The notes under the pieces: generated by a model
What the model saw: only the letters and a program-made list of their open reading frames with translations
What the model was told of the DNA's origin: nothing
Database searches by the model: none
NCBI RefSeq assembly: GCF_009914755.1
Contig: NC_060936.1
Direction: 5' to 3' (one strand)
DNA length: 64,000 nt
Origin: the human T2T-CHM13v2.0 reference genome, Homo sapiens
Made by a program: the position numbers and the translations under genes
Shown: in pieces, positions 1 through 17,017 of the stretch
Position numbering within the stretch: the first letter of the stretch is position 1
Layout of the letters: each line of letters starts with the position of its first letter

Positions 1-628
1 ACAGCCTCGCCTCACTGGCTCCTGAAATCCTCACACACAAAACAGCATTCTTCTTGTGTTCTTAAAGTGAAAGGCACTGTTTCCCTGTCACACTAGCAAT
101 GTTGCGAAGTAAATGTCATCCTTTCCTCCTCCTTGGCCCTGCCTTCTACAGCTAGTGCCCCTGCCAGTTGTTTCCTCAGCACGTCTCCAGCGTTCCTCTT
201 CTCTTCCCCCTCGGCACGGCCTTACTTCTGGTCTCATCATCCTATGCCTGGGCTGATGCCTTTGCTTCCCAGCTGCAGTCGGCTGGGGATGAATGTGGGG
301 TTAAGGCAGGCATTCCAGATATTTATAGAATTGTTCATGGTTCTTTTCCCATTAGCCATGAGTTACTTGAGGGTGAAGATAGTGTCTTATTTGTCTCTCT
401 GTCTCTAGTAATTAGCCAAGTACCTGGCACTTTTAATTAAGGAGTTATCACTCAGTACATTTAAATAGGGAGAAAAAGAAAAAAACAAAGAATGGAATAA
501 AGTAAAAGCATGATAGGTTTTGTTACTCTTTTTGCAGTTGATCATTGGCTATTCTTAATTCTTATAGACCAGTTAGTACTTTAGCAGCATACAGATAAGA
601 TATATTAAAATCATACACTGAGTTTTTA

Positions 629-942
<314 letters not shown>

Positions 943-1559
943 GAAAGAGACAAAAAGTTCATTAGCACTTAAACATGCTTTTCAGAAAATGACTAATTAT
1001 CAAAAACTAGCAATTGTGATACTAGCAAATGAAGAAACGTCAAATGGAGAAGAAATGAAAAACGTTTTTAGAATCCAGGACACACATTTACAAGAATGTA
1101 AAATATTGTGAAAATAATTTGGAGGAGAATTATGATTAAATTATTTGAGACTTGAATTACCTGCAGTAAATTCAGCTGCGTATCGGTTGTTAGGCATTTT
1201 ATCATTACTAATCCTGTTACCATCTTTGTTGAATAAGAGATTCATACTTGATATACAAGGTCCATACATTTGTAAATAATTCATTATTATATTAGTTTGC
1301 AAGAGTCATGATTTTGCCAGAATTTATCCAAAATGGTCTATTGGTAATCCCAGAGAGTAGCAGAGGCATTGGGCAGTGAAGCTAACAGGCGGTGCTAAAG
1401 CCAGCATGAGCAAGTGCTGGGTGGTAGGAAAATAGAACTCAGGCAGTAGTGAGGGCAAATAGGAGCAGACAGGGCAGACCTAGAAGGAGACAGCAAGTAA
1501 GAGGCTTAGGAGGCTGGAGGAGCAGAGACTAAGGAACGCTCCCCTGGCATCATGCAGCA

Positions 1560-1800
1560 TTATTACATAAGTGTTAGTAATTTCAAATAGTTATAACTAT
1601 TTTAGATATACCATGTGCTAGCTACTGTTGTAGTATGCTCACTAGAATTTAATACTTGAATCCTCACAGCAACCTAGGTGGATACTATTATGAATCCTAT
1701 GAATTTTCATTTATAGATGACAAAATTGAAGTACAGGGAAAGTAAGTCATTCACCCAGCTGATCATCAGTAAATGGAAAAGCCATGATTTGACCTCAGGA
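1560..1800 (-). mobile_element. MIR fragment
   Basis: aatcctcacagcaaccta...cattt(a)tagatgacaaaattgaagtacag MIR core. Confidence 0.6.
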
Positions 1801-2480
1801 AAATGAGGGTTATTTGACAGGGCTGACTTGAAGAATGTTTAGATTGCTGTAGAACTGTATTTAGTGCTTAACGATATATAATAACTGATACAATTGGTAT
1901 CCAAACAGCCGAATGTCATGCTTTTAGGGATCAAGGAAAGTTGCCTAAGTGTGCATGTGCCTAGCATTTGAGTTTTGATACGGATGATCATACCAGAAAA
2001 ATATACCATCAGTTTTCAGGCCTATCTGCACAGTAATATGCGTGGAGTTCTTCATGATGTATTCACTGATATTAAAGCTCAAAACTATTATGAATCTTAG
2101 GCTCTGGCGAAAAAATGTGATCGTTTAAAAATTCGGCATTTATCTTATCCTGTGGAATGGGCAACTTCTCAGGCCCATTTGTCACCACCAACAAAGCAGT
2201 AACACGAGGTGTTTTAATAAATCTATTGCCCAGTCTCTTCCATATTGCTATGCTTAGCTGTAAAAGAAGGGACCAAGAAATGGGTGTTAAGCTGAATTGG
2301 AAACAATTTTCAGATAAAGCACAGCAGTCTGCGAACCTCCTCCAGCTCAAGATGGTGTCAACTAGAATTGCCTTTTGTAAGCAGGCAGAAAGAGACACAT
2401 GTACTTGATTGTGGTTTCTCTTTACTCCCACTTTCCACTCTGGTCATCCCTGTAGACACAGAGTAATTTGTGTACTGTAA

Positions 2481-2832
<352 letters not shown>

Positions 2833-3036
2833 TTTAACCAACATTCTTAGTTGAACACAGCAGAAAGGGAAACCTCCATTAGTACATGGAACTCGGGCAG
2901 TAGTGAGGGCAAATATGAGGGAGAGCTGCCTTCCTGTTGCAGTGGTAAGTTCAGTCTCTACCTAAGAAAACAGCATGCCAAGGTACAGCAGAGCACACTG
3001 GCCAGCTCCAATGCAAGAGTCATCATGGAGTGTACC

Positions 3037-3345
<309 letters not shown>

Positions 3346-4074
3346 GGAGTATGCACTTTTAACATGTCTATGCAGGGACACATGTCCTCTAACAACAAAT
3401 GGCCATCCCGAGAGTGGTGGAGCAGAGTGTTGGACCTCTGGAGCCCAAATTTTTATTGTAGCAATACACAGTCTTCTTATAACAGGCACTGTGGCCATGG
3501 GTCTTATCAGCTCCTATTCAAAATTGGAATTAGGACAAGTATAGCAGGTTGTGTTCTAACAGAATTCTAACTTTTAAGGTGCCACAGACAATAATATTCT
3601 TTAGAAATCTTAGTGTTATCCTTTTTATCCTTTCAGGGTAGCAAACAAAAGGCACTCAGTAAATAATTATGGAGTATAATTTGGGGAAAACAAAATATTT
3701 CTAGTCTGAAAATTATTGTTTTAAAAATTATTTTTGTCTTGAGAGGCTGTACATTTCTGTCAACTGCGTGGCCACATTGTTGATATGCTTAAGAAAGATA
3801 ACAGTCAAAGTTGCCTTTTTACACTTTGTATTTGTGCTCATCCAACCATGAGACCTTTAAAAATATTGAATATCTGTAGTTATCTCCCTTCAAGTCTTAT
3901 TTTGAGTTTATATTACCTTTGAACTCAAAAGATCTCAAGCCATTTGCTTTACCTGACAGTATGACATTCTTTAATTTTAGGTAGCATTGTATGATGAGTC
4001 TCAAATATTGGCAGCCTATAATGCATATAAGTTAGTGATCCTAGTAAATGTAAATAAAATAATAAACAGAAACA

Positions 4075-4336
4075 TGCTGGGCATGGTGGCTTATGCCTGT
4101 AATTCCGTAACTTTGGGAGGCTGAGGCAGGAGGATTGCTTCACACCAGGAGTTAGAGACCAGCTTGGGCAACAGAAACCCCAATTTTTAAAAAATCAGCT
4201 GAACGTGGTGGTGCATGCCTGTAGTCACAGCTACTCAGGAGGCTGAGGTGGGAGGATCACTTGAGCTCAGATTGAGGCTGCAGTGAGTTGTGAGTGCACC
4301 TCAGTCTAGGTGGCAGAGTGAGGTCCTGTCTCAAAA
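4075..4336 (+). mobile_element. AluJ (degraded)
   Basis: Alu dimer with deletions. Confidence 0.85.
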
Positions 4337-4714
4337 ACATAATGATAAATGAAAATAATAACAGAAACATTCAGTCAATAACTGGGATTTTTTTTTACTG
4401 TTACTATTTTTTATCAAGACAAACATCTGGAGAGTTCTACAATTCCAGATGCTTACCAATCTGCTTCTGGGTTGTGAAAAAATTATTTGGGTATGTATAG
4501 CTTTTAACTTTTTTTTTGTTTGTTTTAACTGAATATTGAGGATTTTGGTAGAATAACTTTGAATGTTTTGGATTTTAGATTTAAATGGAAATATCAAATT
4601 TTATATAGGTTGGGCTCTAGATATTTCCATATTGTCAGAATTTAGAAAACATCTTTTATGAAATAGAAACTAAGAATTTTGGCAAACAGAGAAAGTTGCC
4701 CAAGGTCTCCAGAA

Positions 4715-6393
<1,679 letters not shown>

Positions 6394-6499
6394 GGCACTT
6401 TAATTTTAAAGAGCCTTTAATATGGTTTCTTGCCATGTCAGAGATAAGAACAGCTTAATATTTCTTGACTTTTCCTTGGTTAAACAAGGGGTATGCTTT

Positions 6500-7095
<596 letters not shown>

Positions 7096-7103
7096 AGGGA
7101 TAT

Positions 7104-7403
7104 GTTTTTGTTTTTTGTTTTTAAGATGGAGTCTCACTCTGTCACCTAGGCTGGTGTGCAGTGGCACAGTCTTGGCTCACTGCAACCTCCGCCTCCCGGA
7201 TTCAAGCAATTCTCCCACCTCAGTCTCCTGAGTAGCTGAGATTACAGGTACCCACCATCATGACCAGCTACTTTTTGTATTTTTAGTAGAAACTGGGTTT
7301 CACCATGTTTCCCAGGCTGGTCTTGAACTCCTGACCTCAGGTGATCTGCCCGCCTCACCCTCCCAAAGTGTTGGGATTACAGGCCTGCGCCACGATGCCC
7401 AGC
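7104..7403 (-). mobile_element. AluS
   Basis: Antisense Alu, TSD agggatatg. Confidence 0.9.
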
Positions 7404-8169
7404 AGGGATATGCTTTTTTAAAAGTCTCTGTGATATGTATACTTGGTGACTTTCATAGATTTTTAAAAATATAAGTGATATATAAATACATTTTTATTAT
7501 AAAAGATTTAAATGATATAGCTGTTAACAGACCAAAATATGAAAATTCTCATTCATTCTCTCACCTCACCTCCATCTGCAATTCCCAAAGTTACATTTGG
7601 TGTGCTATCTTCCCTCTCTTTCAGTACATTTCTATACATTTGTCTATAACTTATTCTTTTTAAAAACTGAGATATTATACATATTCTACAGTTTAATAAT
7701 GTCTTGGAGACCTCTCAATTATTTATATTTTGGAAATATTCCCAGTCTGCTGCATATGTTCTATAGTGTTATATTTACCTTTACATGTACAGGGCTATTA
7801 CTGTAGATTAGAGTCCTAGAAGTGCATGCAGTTCCTAGGTCCAAGGAACTTTCTTTAACTCTTCATCAGATTTTCTTTTTGAAGAACCTTTGTGGCTTGA
7901 TAATTATGTTTCTAGAAAATTTATTATTCAGGTTTAGAAGTTTGGGGAGCTGTTTGAAATAACACTCAAATAAATTTCCTGGCTATGGATTTGTTCCCCA
8001 TAGCAAGAGAGTTGTAAACTATGAGTTTTATAACCTTAATGTCTTTTTTTTAAAAAAGGCAATTGATCTCTTAATCTAGGTGTTTTAGCTAGCATATGGG
8101 AGATGTAATCTGCAATCTATGGGACAAATGGGGGAGTTTTGGGAGTTATGATAGAAGACTGTTGAAAAA

Positions 8170-8510
8170 TGTTTTATAATAATGTTTTACAGTAGAGAAA
8201 CCTGGTAGATGCCACCTCATCAGCCGACCAGGGTTAACATCACATGATAATCATATTGCTATCATGCAGTGATATTAATATAATAAAGTGAGATGGGTGC
8301 ATTGCCTCTGTGATATTCTTACCCCAAACCCATAACCACAGTCTCATAATGAGAAAATAACAGAAACCCAATTTGAGGGACATTCCACAAAATACCTGAC
8401 CATGTTCTTCAAAAGTGCTATGGTGCCAAAAGTCATGCAAGACAAATCTAAGTAATTCTCACAGGTTGTAGTACACTAAGGAGACAGTGAAAACTAAATG
8501 CAAATAAAGT
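8170..8510 (+). mobile_element. Old L1M (L1MC/ME-like) 3' fragment
   Basis: acagtagagaaacctgg...ttcttaccccaaacccataacc...aaacccaatttgaggg(g)acattc. Confidence 0.55.
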
Positions 8511-9582
8511 GGTTTTTGGTTTTTTAAAGTATGTTTATCCTTATGGACAATATGCTCCCATAAAGATCGTCTACCCTAGAAAACTGTGTCTTCCCTCTTA
8601 AATCCAAGAGATGCTTGTCCCAAAGGGTGGACCCCATTGAGATCTCCTGGGCTAGAGACCCAGTGCATGGATGGATGAGACAGTATAAGCAAGACCGTAT
8701 AAAGCTGTGATCTGAGCTCATGGACACTGTGGTAAGAGGTCAGGCTCGAAGAATCAGAGAACTGAGTGGATTTTGCAATGGATAGCCAAAGAGAGGGTCC
8801 AAACTTAAAATGCGAAACAATAATTCAAGAATGATTTGGTAAAATGTAATATAACAGCCTATAACAGAGTCTAGCAAATAGTAGCCAAAAGTCACCCTAA
8901 CCAATCGTAGGGCATATCTACCACACAAAAGTGTGACTTAGCGCATGACTGTTTAAATGCCAAAAAAGACAGATAAAGGAAAGTTAAGCCATAGTGGCAA
9001 CCTCTGCAGTTGGAACGAGGGAGCTATATCAGTCAACAGTGAGGCTAATTGAGAATATTTGAGGTTGGCGTATGTCTAGGGATTCCTATAGGAGATACAA
9101 CCCAGCAAGCATAGGTCAGCAACCCAAGGTCAGAGTACAAAATGGGTTAATACTAAAAAGTGGTTAAAAAGATGACCAGTCCTCAAGAGGAGATAGTATT
9201 TAAATCGGATACCTCTCCTTCCCCATGCTAACTAACATACTGTAATTTGTTATGGCTGTTTCTAAGGTAACTGTTTATAATTATAAATCAGCCCTACTGG
9301 TTCTTCTTGATATTGTAATTTGCAATCAAAGAACCTCTAGAGTTAATGTAAAACTTCTTGAATGAGAGACCATCTGGTTACAATTTTGGTTTCAATTCCC
9401 TGTTAGGCAACTGACACCCAAATAAGGACTGTTTCCAAATATGAGTAGGCTAAGTCAGTCATAAACAAACAAAAAGTTTCAGTTTTTGTTGCTATTATCC
9501 AAGATGTTAGCAGATGAAGTGTTTAATGAAAGGGTGCTTCTTTTAGGCAAACTTCTTTTACCATGATTTGTTTAACCTATAC

Positions 9583-9720
9583 CAGTGGTCCGTACATTTT
9601 TTTCCTGTAAAGGGCCAAATAATTATTAATAGTATTTTTAGCCTTGCAGCCACGTATGATCTCTATGTATTTGTCATTGCCTTTTTGTTTTTTTAAACAA
9701 ATGTTTAAAAATGTAAATGT
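9583..9720. mobile_element. hAT-Charlie MITE fragment (MER58-like)
   Basis: ttttcctgtaaagggccaaata...tattttagccttgcagccac. Confidence 0.45.
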
Positions 9721-10504
9721 TCTCTGTGTCCTTCACCATGTTTTCATGCTTTGTGATAGTGGCTGAAATTTAGAGACTTGTTTTAATAAACAATGTTCTG
9801 AAATGTTGATCTAATTGCCTCTGGCAAAAGATGTGTAATCATGACTTTGATGAACTTATTTTAAAAATAGATGCACAGTTGATCTCTTATTGCACGCATT
9901 TTGGCACATTCGTGGGAGATATTCTCTGTAAACATGACACTTGCGAAACCTACCATACCCTGAAAGTTTGCTGTCTAGAAATTAAGTGCCTAGTTTTCAT
10001 TCAAATTAATATTTAGGTAAGACATGTTTTATTTCTAAATAGACTGTCAAACATTTTTCATATTTTAATGTGTAATGGTGATGACCTTTTTAAAAAGACT
10101 CAACGTAATTTGTTTTCTCATTTAACCCATTAACTGCCCCCTTTGTGTAGTATTGTTGCTGCTTTCTCTTATAAATTGATGATGTCTCAGGGTCTCAATT
10201 TACAATTACATTAGTTTCTTCCTCTAGTTTGTAGTTGAGCTGTGGCTCTGCACTGTTGGGGCCTGTACAGCCATCCTTCACTAGACCCCGGGAGGTGGCC
10301 TTTAGTAGGCTCAAAGGTGGCCTTTAAGCCATTCTTAGTATCACTGTGAAAAAGCATCCAGATTTTCCCCCTGAAAGGCCAAGTGGTTGCATGATGTGTT
10401 GTGGATTTTAGGGATATACTTTGCCTATTTCACATACTTTTTTCCAAGAAGATAGATAAGCTTACACATGTAAAGGTTTCAACTGTATTTCTTCTGTTTA
10501 TAAT

Positions 10505-10803
10505 TTTATTTATTTTGAGATGGTGTCTCGCTCTGTCACTCATTTTGGAGTGCAGCGCAATGGTGTGATCACGGCTCACTGTGGCCTCAAACTCCCAGGT
10601 TTAAGCCATCCTCGCACCTCGGCCTTCTAAGTAGCTGGGACTACAGATGTATGCCACCACACCCAGTTAATGTTTTTTGTATTTTTTTGAAGAGACAGGA
10701 TTTTGCCATGGCTGCCTACCTGGTCTCAAACTCCTGGGCTTAAGTGATCTGCCTGCCTCAGCCTCGCAAAGTGTTGAGATTACGTGAGCCACTGCACCCA
10801 GCC
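10505..10803 (-). mobile_element. AluJ
   Basis: Antisense Alu. Confidence 0.88.
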
Positions 10804-10824
10804 TTTTTATAATTTTAATAATAA

Positions 10825-11178
<354 letters not shown>

Positions 11179-11322
11179 TTTAATTTCTGTTTTGGTATTG
11201 GCTCTGAAAGAACTGTTGAGACAATACTTGGAACTCTTGATATTTTCCAAAATCTGTTTTACCAAGATAAATTTTAAGGAGAGCAACAGAAAATAAAGCA
11301 GAAATGTGGTTTCTTTGTTGGG

Positions 11323-11651
<329 letters not shown>

Positions 11652-12667
11652 TAATCAATATTATTTAATAATGAATTGGATTAAGAATTTTTTGGGTTTT
11701 TTTTACTCAATAGAAAGTTGATTGGGTTTTTTAAAAATAGCTTGTTTTCAATAATTAAGGCTTAAAAAAATCTCTGAGTTCTCTTTGAGATATTTGGATT
11801 CTATAAAAAATGAAACTCTTTGTTTCTTAACCAAATGATAATTCCTTAAATTGCATTCTTTGATTCAATTATACTGAATTTCCTGGTAGAAATTTTATTT
11901 TCTCTGAAGCAGAGTCAGTGGTCTTAATATCACCATGTCAACCAGAAGAGAAGGAAATCTAATATGCATAATAGAGAACACTGACACATGACTTCTTTAA
12001 AAGTCTCTGAAATTCAACATATAACTTTTTATACCAGAAAGTGAACAAACATTTAATCCTTCCTCTTCATCTATGTCTCATGATGTATTTGTGTGATTTT
12101 AAAGAACATTTTGGAGTTTTTGAGTTCTATATAAATGTGACCATGTTATCTGTATAATCTTGCCATCCTTTCTTTGGAAAACATGGGTCACCGTTAGCGT
12201 ATGTCATGGATGTTGATGTGGAGTCTGAGTAAGCTAGTGGGCGAGAGGGTGTGTGTGTGGACGTGGGCGCATGTGTGTATTTGTTAGTTTCAAATCGAGC
12301 CATTCTTCTAGAGTCTTTAGGTCAGCTGTCACGTTGGGCTTTCCTCCTTTGTTCTTTTGAGTTGCTCTGTGACTAGCCACAGACCCAACACTAAAAAGGA
12401 AGGCTTTTAACGGATTAATTCCGTCCTTTCCTTCGCCTACATTGTAGCAGCTGCGTTCTGCCCTTTCTGTGGCCCTGCAAGGAGAGGAGGCCTGTGTATA
12501 ACAGTCTTCTGTCAACATCCATTATAAGATTCCTAAAGCACATGGAATGAGATAGTTCCCAGGAAAACTCTTTGTCAAGGCCAGCCCATGTGGGAAAAGT
12601 GTTTCTATGCTTAGTCTTGTAACTATGACTGTTTTTGTTTTATGGGGTCAGGGGAAATTTAACTTAT

Positions 12668-14311
12668 TTTATTTTTCTTTTTTATTGATCATTCTTGGGT
12701 GTTTCTCGCAGAGGGGGATTTGGCAGGGTCATAGGACAATAGTGGAGGGAAGGTCAGCAGATAAACAAGTGAACAAAGGTCTCTGGTTTTCCTAGGCAGA
12801 GGACCCTGCGGCCTTCCTTAGTGTTTGTGTCCCTGGGTACTTGAGATTAGGGAGTGGTGATGATTCTTAACGAGCATGCTGCCTTCAAGCTCTGTTTAAC
12901 AAAGCACATCCTGCACCGCCCTTAATCCATTTAACCCTGAGTGGACACAGCACATGTTTCAGAGAGCACAGGGTTGGGGGTAAAAGGTCACCGATCAACA
13001 GGATCCCAAGGCAGAAGAATTTTTCTTAGTACAGAACAAAATGAAAAGTCTCCCATGTCTACTTCTTTCTACACAGACACGGCAACCATCCGACTTCTCA
13101 ATCTTTTCCCCACCTTTCCCCCCTTTCTATTCCACAAAACCGCCATTGTCATCCCGGCCCGTTCTCAATGAGCTGTTGGGTACACCTCCCAGACGGGGTG
13201 GTGGCCGGGCAGAGGGGCTTCTCACATCCCAGTAGGGGTGGCCGGGCAGAGGTGCCCCTCACCTCCCGGACGGGGCGGCTGGCCGGGCGGGGGGCTGACA
13301 CCCCCACCTCCCTCCCGGACGGGGCGGCTGGCCGGGCGGGGGGCTGACCCCCCCCACCTCCCTCCCGGACGGGACGGCTGGCCTGGCGGGGGCTGACCCC
13401 CACCTCCCTCCCGGATGGGGTGGCTGCCGGGCGGAGACGCTCCTCACTTCCCAGAGGGGGTGGCTGCCGGGCAGAGGGGCTCCTCACTTCTCAGACGGGG
13501 CGGTTGCCAGGCGGAGGGTCTCCTCACTTCTCAGACGGGGCGGCCGGGCAGAGACGCTCCTCACCTCCCAGACGGGGTCGCGGCCGGGCAGGGGCGCTCC
13601 TCACATCCCAGACGGGGTGGCGGGGCAGAGGTGCTCCCCACATCTCAGACGATGGGCGGCCGGGCAGAGACGCTCCTCAGTTCCTAGATGGGATGGCGGC
13701 CGGGAAGAGGCACTCCTCACTTCCTAGATGAGATGGCGGCCAGGCAGAGACACTCCTCACTTTCCAGACTGGGCAGCCAGGCAGAGGGGCTCCTCACGTC
13801 CCAGACGATGGGCAGCCGGGCAGAGACGCTCCTCACTTCCCAGACGGGGTGGCGGCCGGGCAGAGGCTGCAATCTCGGCACTTTGGGAGGCCAAGGCAGG
13901 CGGCTGGGAGGTGGAGGTTGTAGCGAGCCGCGATCACGCCACTGCACTCCAGCCTGGGCACCATTGAGCACTGAGTGAACCAGACTCCATCTGCAATCCC
14001 GGCACCTCGGGAGGCCGAGGCTGGCAGATCACTCGCGGTTAGGAGCTGGAGACCAGCCCAGCCAACCCAGCGAAACCCCGTCTCCACCAAAAAAGTACGA
14101 AAACCAATCAGGCATGGCGGCGCGGGCATGTAATCGCAGGCACTCGGCAGGCTGAGGCAGGAAAATCAGGCAGGGAGGTTGCAGTGAGCCGAGATGGCAG
14201 CAGTACAGTCCAGCTTCGGCTCGGCATCAGAGGGAGACCGTGGAAAGAGAGGGAGACCGTGGAAAGGGGAGAGGGAGAGGGAGGGGGAGGGGGAGGGAGA
14301 GGGAGAGGGAG
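12668..14311 (-). mobile_element. Full-length SVA retrotransposon (probably SVA_D-like), antisense to FGD4
   Basis: Read on +: short T tail, SINE-R (12680-13190), GC-rich VNTR (~13190-13865), Alu-like region, (AGAGGG)n hexamers (~14265-14311). TSD AGGGGAAATTTAACTTAT at 12650-12667 and 14312-14329. Confidence 0.97.
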
Positions 14312-14388
14312 AGGGGAAATTTAACTTATAAGGCAGTATTGTGATATGCCTCCATACTTACCTGCCCTTTCTTTCTGAACTCTTGCAG

Positions 14389-14541
14389 GCAGCAGTACCT
14401 GTCCAAAGATCGCTTTAGTTCCACCTTGCTCCACAAGCAGCACAACCACACTGGTTGGTGAGAATGTATCTGAAGAAGAGGCTCAGGGAATAAATGGGAA
14501 CAGGCCAGCAAAACACTCAGCTGCAAGTCCAAAGCCACAAG
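14389..14541 (+). CDS. FGD4: FGD4 153-nt exon: coding in N-terminally extended isoforms ((G)SSTCPKIALVPPCSTSSTTTLVGENVSEEEAQGINGNRPAKHSAASPKPQ), 5'UTR in the isoform starting at MEEIK
   Basis: Acceptor ctttctgaactcttgcag| and donor CAAG|gtatgc. 153 nt, phase 1-1, open and in frame with the next exon (KPQ-V-PPKP). Confidence 0.88.
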
Positions 14542-16239
14542 GTATGCTCACTGGGAGTTTGTGTTCGGGGTGGGTACGTTGTTGATCAATGAAGGCTAAC
14601 CAGAAAAATGATGGCCACAAAGAAAGTGTTTTAAGCTAGAAGGAAGGAATTGGGTACATTATTTTTTAGAGAAGAGTCCATCTGTGCATCTTCTCAGGCA
14701 GAGGTTGCTATTTGTTCTGCTCCTGAAACAACATACATTTCTCTATATGGATCTTTTCATGTTGCTGAAATTGTTTGCATGTCATCTTAACGGAACTGTG
14801 ATCTCTTTATTATGCCTGATCTAGTACAGGGACTTACTGTCTGTGTAATAAATGTGTTTGGAGCTACTGTTAGAAAGAAATGATTTGCTAGATGTCAGTA
14901 TCTGTAAAACATAATTCTAAAACAGCACTTCGTGTACTTATCAAGCATGTGACTTGAAAATATTAAGGAGGTAGGGCATGAAAACACCTGATAGTAAGGT
15001 CTTCCGCAGAAAGGAACAGTAACAGCCCTTCATTCAGGATTGAGTGGCCAGTGAGGGTAAAGAAAAAGCCATAATGGTAGGAAGCTTGAATGATTTTTTT
15101 CAGTGACCATTTCCTTTTACAAAGAAATTTCCAGTGAACTGGGTATTAACTTTGAGAAGCACAGAATTATAGTTTTGATGATAGAGAGCAAGGCCTTTTG
15201 AAATGGAACACAAAAGCTAAGCTACCCTACAGTTTAATGTGTAGTTTCTTCCTTACAGATTTTCATTTATAGTGAATGCTAAACAGATATGAGAAATAAT
15301 ACTGGGCATTGTCAGAATTACTACAGTTGGGAAAAATCAGTTTCTATTTTTATTTATTTTGTGTTTACTTAGTTCTCTTTCCTGTTCTTGCAAAGAAAAA
15401 TGTATTCTAGAGCATGCATTATAAAATAAGTGGTGTTATTCCTTAAAGTTGTATGTTTTAAGGATTTCTGAAAGAAAATTTTAGAACGAGTTTAAAATGA
15501 ATCTTCTAGATTATGGGATATTTGTCTTGTTCTCACTACAATTATATTTGTGGTGGTATGGAATATCACTATCAAGCAAGGTCAGATAATTGATGATTCA
15601 GATGAGTAGCCTATTCATGAGCTTACAACCATTTCTTTTGACTACACTGCTCCCTTATAGCATTGACGTGAATATAAACATAGGACTTTTTTTGACCATG
15701 ATTTAAGCCTTTTTATTTCCAAAATATAAAATTCCATTTCGCCCATTAGACCCGAGTTGACAAAGATCCAGTGTGAGGTAAGAATATTAATAATGAATAC
15801 AATTGTAGTTGTAATTTTCCTGATCAAAGGAAGAATTTCATTACTTAAAAAGCCTTTATTTTTGGAAGATGCAGTGCAATACTTCGTTGTTTTCCAACGT
15901 CAGTGTATTGAGAGATATAAGAGTGTCCTTTCTGAGTTGCATGTGCCAAAATAATCCCCTTTTTAAGTAGACAACACTTAACCTTGCTTTTGCTGTTGTG
16001 TAGTTATATTAAAGCCACGATATAGTTATTTAAATACATATTTACTTCCTATGTTAAATATGGGCTAATTATGTATATATACTTTTCTAACTAAAGGGAA
16101 TATTTGCAGATATTAAATAAATCATGGAGTACTTTATACTTCTTTTTCAAAATACTTTCAGGCAGTGTTTGGCCTTTCCCTGATACCCATGGCTAAAATT
16201 TTAACCTCACCTTTCACCCTGCCCTTTTATATTTCCCTA

Positions 16240-16645
16240 TGTTGTAGTCTGTTCAGGCTGCTGTAACAAAATACCATAAATTGGGTAGCTTATAAACAAT
16301 AGAAATGTAGTTCTCACAGTTTTGTGATCTGAAAGTCCAAGATCAGATTCAGGGTCTGATGAGGGCTTGCTTTCTGGTCCACAGGTGGGTCCAAGATCAG
16401 ATTCAGAGTGTAATGAGGGCCTGCTTTGTGGTCCATAGATGGCCATCTTTTCACTATAACCTCACAGGGTGGAAGGGGTGAGAGGTCTCTCTGGGGCCTC
16501 TTTTCAATGGCACTAATTTGACTAATGAGAGCTCAGTCCTCATGACCTACTCACCTCCCAAAGGCCCCACCTCTTCATATTGTCACCTTGGGAATGAGGA
16601 TGGCAACATGAATTTTGGGACACAAACAAACACTCAGACCACAGC
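16240..16645 (-). mobile_element. MaLR LTR (MLT1A/MST-like) with an internal 54-bp tandem duplication
   Basis: ggctgctgtaacaaaataccata...ttctcacagtt...cacctcccaaaggccccacctc...cagaccacagca. Confidence 0.8.
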
Positions 16646-17017
16646 ACTCCGTATGAACTTTATTTTTTCTCATTCATTACAACCTGACCTGCTGTATGTT
16701 TTACTCATCAGCTCAGTTTTTTCTGCCTATGTGTCCGCTCACATAGTACATAACCAGTCTTCAATAACACTGCTATATTGCTGCATTTCTTCCCCTTTGT
16801 TTCTGCTATTCTTTAAAACTTTGAACATGCGCCATGCAGGGACCAACGTCCCTGAAACGAGGCTACATCTTAGTATTGTCAGATGAGCTGCCACATAGAT
16901 TGGTCAGTAAGTCAATCAACAGTACCCAGTAATGAGTGTGTCTTACTCTTTAGTGGAGAGAAGCTGATTTTAATTTCTCCTAACATTTGGGTGATGGAGG
17001 CAGAGAAGAGAAGGGGG

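Noticed and set aside
8520-9200. Compositionally distinct segment (also 38660-39000 and 41750-42150)
   Set aside because: Could not be assigned; probably ancient TE or unique intron, with no supportable ORF or structure.
12607-14129. Cluster of overlapping Pro/Arg/Gly-rich ORFs
   Set aside because: All lie within the SVA; GC-rich VNTR lacks stops by composition.
14354-14364. U1 snRNA pseudogene
   Set aside because: The match stops after 11 nt.
14326-14538. Minus-strand 70-aa ORF (also 51548-51790)
   Set aside because: Antisense shadows of real FGD4 exons.
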